The notes under the pieces are model-generated. The model was not told where the DNA came from. It saw only the letters and a program-made list of their open reading frames with translations, and searched no databases. From Blastocystis sp. Blastoise (taxonomy: Eukaryota; Protista; Bigyra: Opalinata), in the NCBI GenBank assembly GCA_039096225.1, contig JBBPEB010000003.1:1-64000 (forward strand): a stretch of DNA of 64,000 bases, in the 5' to 3' direction. Numbering within the stretch: the stretch's first letter is position 1; each line of letters opens with the position of its first letter. Positions 1 through 15,912 of this stretch are shown here, piece after piece. A program made the translations under genes and the position numbers.

Positions 1-701
1 TTCATTTATATTTTATCAAAATAGTATTTATTTACTATAAAACTACATCTTTATTTATTTTCATTCCCTTTTCTTCTAATATTTTATTAATATTAGATGA
101 TTATAATTTTTAACATATTTAAAAATATTATTTAAAACAAAACATGATAATAGAAAATTATTTTCAAAATGTTAAATAATAATTTTTATTGGACTACTCT
201 AAAATATCATTTCAAATTCTACTTTATTTTGTGTTTTTTCTTTGTTTTTAGTACTATTTCTTTTTAGATTATAAGCTATCAAAAAAGTGATTATTAAAAA
301 AATATAAAGTTTTGTATATAATTTAATTTTTTTTTATTTGATGACGTTAAATAACCATATATTTTACTTACAATAATTCTCTTTTTATTACTATTATTAT
401 ACATGGATTTATTAACTACTAAAAAATATTTTATTTCTTGGAAGCTTTTGATTTTATAATTATTTTTCAATTGTTTATAAACAACTGTACACCACTCTCC
501 ATATAAGTCTTTTAAATTTTTCAAAAAAATTGATATTTATATTTTATTCATATTAATAAATATTATATATATATTTTTCATGAAATTTGATATTCACTGT
601 TTCTATAAATCGTATATAAACTTCCTTGAAACAAAAAAACGAAAACTTCTAATTAATGAACAACTATATCTTTAAATATGATTCATTTTCAAATAAATAC
701 C

Positions 702-773
702 TTAATAAGACAGGAGTTGAACCTGTTTACAATCTTAATAGAATTATTTCTCACCTTTCTGAGCTTATTATTA
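702..773 (-). pseudogene. Decayed tRNA-Asn-like sequence, organellar type (possible NUMT)
   Basis: The minus strand folds as a cloverleaf: acceptor TAATAAT/CTTATTA (6 of 7 bp), D arm GCTC-AGAAAGGT-GAGA, anticodon arm TAATT-CTATTAA-GATTG, perfect T arm ACAGG-TTCAACT-CCTGT. The loop CTATTAA is one transition from the Asn loop CTGTTAA. Confidence 0.55.
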
Positions 774-1599
774 AAAGCATAAATACCATATTTACTTAGA
801 AATATTAAAATAGTTTATGAAATATATTAATATACGTATCCATTTATATTCAAACCAATAAAGCTTCATTATTATAATATTTATACATGAAAATAGCTAA
901 TTAAAACTAAATGAAGAAAATATAAAAATATTAAGAAAGAAAGTAATTGATAAGTATCTATATAGAATAGAGAAAGAGAATAAAATAATTCATACTGAAT
1001 ATATGTGTTCAAACATTTCCTAGTAAAAGATATTATTTAAAAAAAAAAATGATGATGAATAGAAAATATATATATAACTAGAAGAAAAGGAAGAATAGTG
1101 ACCACTAGCAAAGAATATGAAACATCCATATATTTAATGATATATAAACAAAAGACAAAATATGAATAAGATATATTAAAATGAAGAATATCTATATAAG
1201 ATCACTCAATTTAGAATTCAATTTGATAAACTTTATATGAACTAATATTTATATATACATAACAAATCATAGTGAAGTATGTTTATTTCTTCATAACGAC
1301 ACAAGTTCACATTAAATATAAGAAATAAGAAGATAAAGTTGATCAAAAGAGAAGAAACGACTTTTATAAACGAAGATGAGTGAAATCATTTGATAATGAA
1401 AGACATCAAATCTAATTTAACAGTTGAAAAGAAGAAGAATTGAAGTTAATTCAAACATGAAGTAACATTGAATAATTAAAGATAATAACTAAAATAAGAA
1501 AATATAAGTGAATAGAGTTTACTATTCTAATCGATCATTAGAATGTGTATTAATGAAGAAGAAATGTTTATGAAAGGGAATAGTTAACAAATTAGTCAT

Positions 1600-1811
1600 A
1601 GAATAATTATGGGAAATAATGAGTAAGTAGAATAATTATGGGAAATAATGAGTAAGTAGAATAATTATGGGAGATAATGAGTAAGTAGAATAATTATGGG
1701 AGATAATGAGTAAGTAGAATAATTATAGGAGATAATTAGTAAGTAGAATAATTATAGGAGATAATTAGTAAGTAGAATAATTATGGGAAATAATGAGTAA
1801 GTAGAATAATT
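1600..1811. repeat. 29-bp minisatellite, about 7 copies (AGAATAATTATGGGAAATAATGAGTAAGT)
   Basis: Directly visible tandem array with a few A/G and G/T variants between copies. Confidence 0.95.
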
Positions 1812-2837
1812 AAATATGTCAATAGAGAAGAGAAGGTTATAAGAAGAGAAGGCAAGAAGAAAAGAAAAGGATGATCTGGGTGAAGAAGAAAACTTAAAAA
1901 GTAGTATGTATGAAGTATATAAAATACTAAAAATAGACATTAAGATAGTGTGATAAAAAAAATAAATAATATAAGAAGAATGTGTAGAAAATCAAGTAGA
2001 TATGCAAATGTTAAGAATACAGAATCCATAGAAAAAGATAAGAAAGTCAAAGAACAAGTAGAATCAACAAATATAATTATCCTATATAAAAAAATAAAAA
2101 TTAATTTAATGAATATCATAATTTAGATATTATAGTATGATAATAATATAACAGAAAATAAAATAAAATAAGAAAATGAATGATAATCCACAAAAAAAAT
2201 ATCACAGTTGAATTACTATATGAAAAATGAGAATATAAGAAATAATCTAATAAAATCAAATAAAATAAAAAACAATAGATAATGAGTATATAAGATATAA
2301 ATGAAAATCATCACAAAAACATTAAAAGAAAACATACAATCAATTAAAGTAACTAATCAACTAGAATCAAGTTAAGATATAAATCAACAAGAATCAACTT
2401 AAGATATAAATCGACTAATTATTAGCATAAAATAATGAATGAAATAAATAAATATAATAATTTCAATATAATTATAAATAGATCACATACTAAGAAATTA
2501 TTTTGGATTGCAATTCAATTATCATGCAATACTAAATCCTTCATTCTCTTCTATCATAGAATTAATTAATATTAGAATGATACATCACTGAAAGATCAAA
2601 CTGATTCGCTTATTTTGGACTTCAAGTTTTATAAATCAATATCAACAATATCTAATACTTCTTTACAAACAAAAATATTTAAAATAGATAATATATGTAA
2701 ACAGAATAAAAACAAAACAAAACATCGATCAAATATCAGATTCTTATTCAATTTAAAGTGTAAAAATTAAAAATTTCTATGTTTTTGAACAGTAGAGTTT
2801 TGTTTTGATTTTTATTAAAATAAATAGATAGATAATA

Positions 2838-4388
2838 ATGTTTTCAAGTGCAAAGGATATTACTGAGCAAAAACAGAAAGAAGTAATTTATCTATAATCC
2901 ATGAAGCTATGTAATTACAGGAAGCTGAAAGAGAAAGAAGAAAGTTTGTCACTAGGGAGTTTGCTTCAAGAGGAAAAGAGTTTTCTGGTGAAGGTCTTGA
3001 TGTTTATTATTGTCGTTTTTGTGCAACTTATTGTTTGATTGTTGGTAAATGTTTCTATCTTAGTATTTTAGAAGTATATTGTTTATAGATCAGCCACTAG
3101 ATACATTTCCAATAAGAAAATGTGATGAGACTCGTGTTATTGAAGTATATATTATTTGTTTTACTACATTTCATATTTTTTGTCTTTAATTTTCAAAGAA
3201 TATTTATTATTTTATTATTAATTTATTATTATTTTAATATTATTTTAATATTAATTTATTATTATTTTATTATTTCAATATTATTCTAGTATTATTTTAT
3301 TATTTTAATATTGTTTTATAATTTATTATAACCTAATCCTAACCTTATCAGTTTAATATTTTATATTTAATATTATGTCATTAAGCATTAGTCTCTATGA
3401 CTATTTAGGAATCAAAGCATAAATTTTCTTATGAATTAGATAAAGAAAAACCTATTGTTCTTCTTCGGTATATATAAAAATATGTTTTATAATAAGTGAA
3501 ATCTATGTTTAAATATATATATATAGTGGTACAAAAAAAGAATTACAATATCGTCTTTCCTGCACTCATTGTCACTGTGTTGTTGGCTACCGATCCGATC
3601 TCCCTGAAAAACAAAGTCAGTACGTTTATATATTATATATATTTTTATTAGGTTTATGTTTATTTTTTTAATTATTATTGAATATTATTATTATTGAATA
3701 TTATTATTATTATTATTATTAATTATATGCGTTATTCTTTCTATTTATATGATATATCTAGATATTTATATATATATAATGATGCATTAAGCGATGATCC
3801 TCTTATTCTTGAAAAACAAATTCCAAAACAATCTACAAAAATACCTACAGCTATTGAAGTATATATACATGTGTAGAATATTTACATAATTCATATATAT
3901 AATATATACACAAATTATATATATAATATATACACAAATTATATATATAATATATACACAATTCATATATATAATATATACACAAATTATATATATACTA
4001 TTTTAATCAAATTATATATATACTATTTTAATCAAATTATATATATATAGAAAGATCCAGATAATAATACAAATTCGATTGTTCATTTGAAAATTACATA
4101 TAATTGTCCTATAGATAAGATAACAAATATTGATGATCAATACTTATATATTAGTCTTAAAGTTTCTGATGAAGATGAAGCAAAGAGTAACAGTTATTTA
4201 CTACAATATATATGTGATATGTTTAGTATACCTGTTTTATATGTATCTTTAGCCATGGATTTCAAAGGACTTTTAGTTAAAGTATATATTTATATATAAT
4301 AATTTATATTTATTCTTCATTTTAGTTTGAAAGCAAGATTCCTGAAGATATATACTTAAAAGTAAGAAGAATTCTAAAACAAAAATAA
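2838..4388 (+). CDS. STEEP1/CXorf56 (UPF0428)-like protein with C-terminal DUF167/YggU-like domain, multi-exon
   Basis: Spliced reading gives VYYCRFCATYCLIV-DQPLDTFPIRKCDETRVIE...KELQYRLSCTHCHCVVGY (STEEP1 Zn motifs), then VHLKITYNCPIDKITNIDDQYLYISL...KSNSYLLQYICDMFSIP (DUF167-like). Introns are GT-AG and the TAA is at 4386-4388. Confidence 0.75.
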
Positions 4389-4722
4389 ATAGTTCTCTTA
4401 TTTTTTTCCATAAATTATGTAAATACAAAATTCATATTATTATTTTATTTTTTTTTAAATCTTTTTATAAACAAAACAACGATAAAATAATTTCAAATAG
4501 TTGGGATTATGCAAAATAAAATTATAATATAAAAAATAGAGCAAAAGAAATAGAAATATAAATTTACAATAATGCGACAAAAAAATAGCTTTAAAAAGGA
4601 TAAAAATAACAATTATTGTTGATGATATATATAAATAATTATATAAATAGAAAAAAAGTACAAAAGGTTTTTGATTATATAATATATAATCAAATTCTTT
4701 GTATTAAAAGCAAAGAATTAAT

Positions 4723-7013
4723 TTAGTGTTGAACCTTCTTTTCAGTAAGAATTTGAAGGATCTTTTCAGCACAAGTAGGAATACGAGTACCAGGTCCAAA
4801 TACAGCAGAGCAGCCCTTACTAGCAAGGAAATCATAATCACGAGGAGGAATGACACCACCAGCAAAGACAATAATATCTTCACGTCCTTCTTTCTTTAAG
4901 CAATCAATAAGAGCAGGAATGAGAGTCTTATGACCAGCAGCAAGAGATGAACAGCCAATAGCATGAACATCAGCATCAACAGCAGCTCTAGCAGCTTCTT
5001 CAGGTGTTTGGAATAAAGGACCAACATCAACATCAAAACCTAAATCAGCTAAACCAGTAGAAACAACCTTAGCACCTCTATCATGTCCATCTTGACCCAT
5101 CTTAGCAACATAAACACGAGGTCTACGACCAGTCTTATCAGTAAAAGTCTTTACTTCATCAGAAATCTTTTTAAATTCATCTTTTTCATTACTATTAGAG
5201 AATTCTTCTCTATAAGCACCTTGGACCATTTCTTGTCTAGGAGTATGTCTTCCCCATTTAGATTCAAGAGCAGAAGAAACTTCACCAAGAGTACATCTAG
5301 CACGCATAGCATTAATAGATAAATTAAGAAGGTTATTAGGATTATTACCAGCACCAGTAGGTTCAGTAAGAGAAGCACTATTAGAAAGAGCTTCAAGAGC
5401 AAGACGAGCTTTATCTTGATCACGTTCAGCTTTAACTTTATTAATACGAGCAATTTGAGATTCACGAACAGCTTTATTATCAACTTCAAGAAGATCAACA
5501 GGAGCTTCTTTAGCTAATCTATATTTGTTAACACCAACGATAACATCCTTACCAGAATCAATACGAGCTTGTTTTCTAGCAGCAGCTTCTTCAATACGTA
5601 ATTTAGGCATACCAGAAGCAATAGCTTTAGTCATACCACCAAGAGCTTCAACTTCATCAATAATACCTTCAGCACTCTTAATTAATTCATTAGTAAGATA
5701 TTCAATAAGATAAGCACCACCGAAAGGATCTACAGATTTACAAATACCAGTTTCTTCTTGAATAATAAGTTGAGTATTACGAGCAATACGAGCAGAGAAT
5801 TCAGTAGGTAAACCAAGAGCTTCATCAAGAGCATTAGTATGAAGAGATTGAGTACCACCCATAACAGCAGCCATAGCTTCAATAGTAGTACGAATAACAT
5901 TATTATAAGGATCTTGTTCAGTCAGACTATAACCAGAAGTTTGACAGTGAGTACGAAGAAGAAGAGATTTATAATTCTTAGGATGGAATTCTTTTTGAAT
6001 TCTCTTAGCCCAAACTTGTCTAGCAGCACGAAGTTTAGCAACTTCCATATAGAAATTCATACCAATACCCCAGAAGAAAGAAAGACGAGGACAAACAGCA
6101 TCAGGAGAAACACCAGCAGCTTGAGCACAACGAATATATTCAATACCATCAGCAATAGTAAAAGCCATTTCTAATTTAGCATCAGCACCAGCTTCTTGCA
6201 TATGATAACCGGAAATAGAAATAGAATTAAATTTTGGCATATGAACAGAAGTATATCCCATAATATCTTGAATAATACGAAGAGATTCATGAGGAGGATA
6301 AATAAAAGTGTTACGAACCATAAATTCCTTTAAAATATCATTTTGAATAGTACCACGAAGTTTTTCTTGAGAAACACCTTGTTCTTCAGCAGCAATAACA
6401 TAACCAGCAAGAATAGGAAGGACAGCACCATTCATAGTCATAGAAACAGACATCTTATCAAGAGGAATACCATTGAAAAGAATCTTCATATCTTCAACTG
6501 AATCAACAGCAACACCAGCCATACCAACATCACCAGTAACACGAGGATGATCAGAATCATAACCTCTATGAGTAGCTAAATCAAAAGCTACAGATAAACC
6601 TTGTTGACCAGCAGCAAGATTCTTACGATAGAAAGCATTAGAAGCTTCAGCAGTAGAGAAACCAGCATATTGACGAATAGTCCAAGGCTTTTCAGTATAC
6701 ATGGTAGCATAAGGACCACGAGTATAAGGGAAACAACCAGAAGCTTGAGCAATATCAAGATCTTTAATATCATCCTTTGTAAATAAAGGTTTTACACTAA
6801 TACCTTCAGGAGTCTTGAAAATAAGAGATTCTAAAAAAAAAAGATATTGTTAAAAAAGAAATAAAAAGTGTAACAGAATCATAATAAAGACATACCAGGA
6901 CTCTTTCCTTTAAGTTCCTTAGTAGCAAGCTTAGTCCATTCAGCAGGGAATGTAGCAGCAGCAAAGTTACGAGCTAAAGTAGGTTTGAATACAGATTGAG
7001 TGATCTTTAACAT
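4723..7013 (-). CDS. MMUT: Methylmalonyl-CoA mutase, mitochondrial (adenosylcobalamin-dependent)
   Basis: Contains [23 protein letters not shown] and the B12-binding [10 protein letters not shown] motif. Exon 1 encodes a presequence-like [20 protein letters not shown]. There is one CDS intron at 6831-6895. Confidence 0.98.
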
Positions 7014-8135
7014 TTTCTACTCTATAGAGTAATAAAATAAATAGAATAATAGTGAAATAAATAGGTTATAACACTTACGTATCTTGAAGTTTGAAATATA
7101 TAAATATGTGAAAAAAAAGTCATAATTCCTCATCAATTCTCTGTATAGGAAGTAGATATCTCTTCATCATCTATATAGGGTCATTTTTTTAAATAACCCA
7201 ATTAATTCAACAAAACTCCCAAGATTATTTTGGAGAATCTATACAAATAATTTTTTTAATGAATAAATAGGGATCTGTTTCATTTTATGTTTCTCTCCAT
7301 GAAAAGTAGATTCTTTTGGATGAGATCTCCCTTTATTATCATGGCCATCATTTATTACTGTACATCCAAAAAGTTTCTTCTTTTTGACAAAAAGAGAAAC
7401 TAATTCTTTTTTTGGGAACTAGGGTCTTCTCCATTTTCATAGAAATAATGAAAATTTAATATATGAAAATGTCAAGAAGATCGATTTATCTTCATTGTTT
7501 CAATGCACAAATAGCTTAAAATCATGGTATCTCTTCAAGTTTCCCTTGAGTATTATAAATTTTTTCTTCATCACTATACGCTTTTATTGTATTGTTTCTT
7601 TTTTTAATTAAATAAATAAAACTGAAGTATATCATTATAAATTCAGTTATAAAGTCATATATGATGTGATAAAATAAAATTGATGAGTTTCGGAACAATC
7701 CATTCTAATTGATCGTGTTACTCTTTAAAAACAATATGTTTTATAATTTAAAAGGAATATTTTCGATCATTCAGTATACTCGTAGTTATAAATTTATAAG
7801 TTTAAAAAAATACCTAATGAGGAATTATTTTTATTTTTATAATATTTATGCAAATTTTATTTTTGTTTTACATGCACACAGTTGGTGTACCAAATTATAT
7901 GAAGTATAATTCAACAAAAAATATATATGATAAACAATACTCACACAACATTTAACTTTTGAATTGCTTTTCATAAATACATTATCATCTAACGAAACAA
8001 ATAGAGGTCACCTAAACAAAATGAATTTTATAATAATTATTCCTTGATTTATTCAATACAGAAATCTATATATAAAATAATAGAATAAAACTTTTTTTTT
8101 AAGAATTTTAAAAATAATTATATATTATATTAATT

Positions 8136-10082
8136 ATGTTAAAATTAGTATCAATTATTTATGGTAATGATCAGCGTAGTCTTTATATAAATACAAATTA
8201 TGATTATAACTGGTTATTGAAACAGATACGTGTATGTATCTTAGCTATCCTATATTTATTTTACATAGAAATTATTTCAACTAAGTGATCGTTGTGTTGT
8301 GAACTTTGACATTAATAATTGGACAAAATTATCACAAAATCTGGAAAATTGTGATTTTACAATACGAATTAAACCTTATATATTTGTTGATAAGACGATT
8401 GCTGTTAAAATAACATTTGACGAATCTTCATTTTTTGTAGATTTACCTGAATCTACATCGTTTCTTTCAGTGATTCAACTTTTTAAAAGTGTATATATAT
8501 ATATTTCTCTATAGTATATGTTATCTACGAATTATAGAAAATGGAATCTATTATTCATTATGAATTTGTTGACTTTATTGTAGAATTTAATTCTGAAGAA
8601 GTATTTGATTTAGAACGACGATTATGTTTTTATAAAATGAAGAATGGTGATGAAATTAAATTGATTCGAAAAAATAGTTTTATTGAATTATCTTCACTTC
8701 ATTCTCCTGATCATCAAGTACTTTTTAATTTTTTTAGTTTATATATATATATATATCATCTTTTTTATTGAATTATAGATATTATTTCAATGTAAATTAT
8801 TAGATGACTATTTATTTTCAAAATATTATCCATCAAATACAATGATGTATATCATTAAAAAGGAAATAGCAGTATATAGATATGTTTTTAAATAAATGAA
8901 TTATCATTTCGTTCTTTCTGTTATTGTCTTTAAGTAGCTTTCATTTATATATATTGAATCAATTACTATAGGCATTTTGTTGTGTATCTGTTGAAGATAT
9001 CTTTCTATATACATCAACAAACGAAAGAATAAATTCTCAAAAGTCATTATCTGATTATTATATCAGTTTTCAACATCCCTGTATTTGCTGTTTTAAGGTA
9101 TGTATTTTTGTATAATTTTTTAAAAATTATAATTATATTTTTTATTATTATTTAGTGATTTATAGTTATATATGATTTTATATTTTTTGTTATAATTAAA
9201 TTTCTTACAATTATTTAGTTATTTATAGTTATATATGCTTTTATTATATTTTTTGTTATAATAATTTATTTTTTATAGTCATATTTCTTTTCTAATTATA
9301 TTTCTATCATAATAACATGATTATAATACACTATTATAATAACATGATTATAATAACATTATTATAATAACATTTCTATTATATTACTTAATTTGATTTC
9401 ATGAATACTGTCTTCTTTATTCTAATTTAATAAACTATTCTTTTATTTTAAATTAATAAACTATTCTTTTAATAAACTATTCTTTTATTATAATTTAATA
9501 AACTATTCTTTTAATAAATTATTCTTTTATTCTAATTTAATAAACAATTCTTTTATAAATACTATTAAACAAAAATAAAATTCATTCAGCTATATTCTTT
9601 CCATTCTAGTTATTTCTCTTAAGTCCTCAAAATAAAATGATGTCTCTTCATATCACTTCTTATTCTGCTACTTTACAAAATATCGTAACTACATTACAGG
9701 TATTTTCTTTTATATGGAATGAATCTCTATTGTCTCTTTATATAGGATAAACAAGATAATAATCAAATTCTTTTTGTTTCTTCAAATAGAACAGTTCTAC
9801 AATCTAATATTTATCTGTTTTCATTAACATCCTTTAGAAACCTAGCTTATCATCCTATCGTATATCTTTAAATTCACTTGATTATTCTTATACTCATTAT
9901 AGCTCACAAAAAACATAAAAATATGCAAAGCTTTACAATCCTATGTATCTGATTATCCACATTGTCTTTCATTCAAGAAGGGTGCTTTATTTGAAATCAC
10001 ATCAACCACAAATAATTGGTATTATTGTAAATATAATGGAACACAAGGATATGTTCCTATTGACTATGTTCATGTCTATTAA
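8136..10082 (+). CDS. Protein with several divergent ubiquitin-like domains and a C-terminal SH3 domain
   Basis: The last exon (9903-10082) reads ICKALQSYVSDYPHCLSFKKGALFEITSTTNNWYYCKYNGTQGYVPIDYV, an SH3 domain. Upstream exons have UBL-like segments (RRLCFYKMKNGDEIKLIRK; TMMYIIKKEIA...ERINSQKSLSDYYI). GT-AG introns keep the frame. Confidence 0.65.
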
Positions 10083-10670
10083 ATATCAACTCATGACGTT
10101 CTCTATAAATATCATTCATTTTCTATTATTATTTCCATTGCCTTGCTTGTATCTACTATTCTTTTTGTTATTTTCATGATTCTAAAAGAAATTATTAATA
10201 TTCTATATTCCAATTCTTTCATTAGCACTTCAATAAAACATAATTTTTAATAAAGCAAGTTTATGTGACTACAAATGAAAATGGATTCATAAAAAATATG
10301 AAATTATTTTTCTCTGACTTTCTCCAAGAGACTATTCATAATCATCAATATTCATATAACTATTTAACTGCAATTTAATTGAATATCTTCTTTTCCAAAG
10401 CAAATTATTATACTTGAAAAAAACAGAAGTTTTAGGTCAACAAATAATGATTGCGGGAATTTCTTTGATGATCTGTGGAATATCTAATAAAACCAGAATT
10501 ATTTGCAAAAAAATAAACAATTGGAATTCCTTAGCAAACAAAATTTTCAATACAGAAAATGAAAATGTACAGTGATGAAGAAAGTCTCATTTTTAAAAAA
10601 ATCCTTCATTTTCTTTGATTCAAATTCTTTGTGATTTTATAAAAGTATGATGAAAAAATAAATTTCTTAG

Positions 10671-15072
<4,402 letters not shown>

Positions 15073-15912
15073 TTTTCTTATTTATTGTTTTTATATTATT
15101 TTCTTTAGAATTTATATATATATCGTTTCGTTTTATATAACTTAAAATATTACAATTCGTAAATCTATATATTATTCTCAATTATTGACTAATCCTTAAA
15201 TCTTTTCATGTTTTTATTGTTATTTTTAAATTACTATATACACTCTATTTTGATTCTTCATAATAAAAGAATTCATAACATTAAAAATACATCCATTTTT
15301 TCTCATTATATTTCATTTTCAACAGTTTTTATTCAATTTCATAACGAACATTACTCACCATACTTCTCATTTATTTGTAATGAAGTTACAAAACAACAGG
15401 AAACCATATAAATCAAGTCTTTTATCACTGATAATTTTATTCCTATCATTCATTATTGTTCTTAATCTCTATCATCTAAAGTTCTCTTTTTCCATATTCT
15501 TTATTCTATTAGTATTCTCCATTTTCTACTATTTGTTTTACACATAGTTTGTTTTTCATTTTGAGCCTTTCATTCTTTCTTATGATTACCAAGAAAAAAC
15601 GATTTGTGTCTCGAAGAGAATTCTAGAATGAGATTTTTCATGAAAAAAACTTGAATTTTAGTATATGCTGAATGAAATTCCCCTGGTAAAAAACACTTAA
15701 GGATTTCAAGTTGTTGAGATTCCAACATAAAAAATGAAAAATCAGTGTAGATCAATGATTCGTCTAAAATATCTAAGAACCAATAAATCGTGAGAATGTC
15801 CTCCACTCATAATAGAGAAATTGAATGGTTTCTTTGTATCTGTTTTCAATCCATACTTTTTAGGGTATATATTAATTTATCTATCACTCTTTCTTGCTAT
15901 ATCAGCAGCATT

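Noticed and set aside
294-524. 76-aa K/N-rich ORF as a real gene
   Set aside because: It has no ATG start and no recognisable family; at most it is part of the decayed NUMT-like region.
702-773. Functional tRNA with an unusual ATT anticodon
   Set aside because: Mismatches in the acceptor and D stems and a shortened variable loop point to decay rather than a novel decoder.
1600-1811. 29-bp repeats as a CRISPR array
   Set aside because: The units are head-to-tail with no unique spacers, the context is eukaryotic, and there are no cas genes.
5083-6786. Antisense and alternative-frame ORFs over MMUT (and likewise over TKT)
   Set aside because: They are by-products of biased codon usage and show no recognisable motifs.
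15570-15806. 78-aa minus-strand ORF upstream of transketolase
   Set aside because: It has no motif or codon bias and lies in the presumed promoter.
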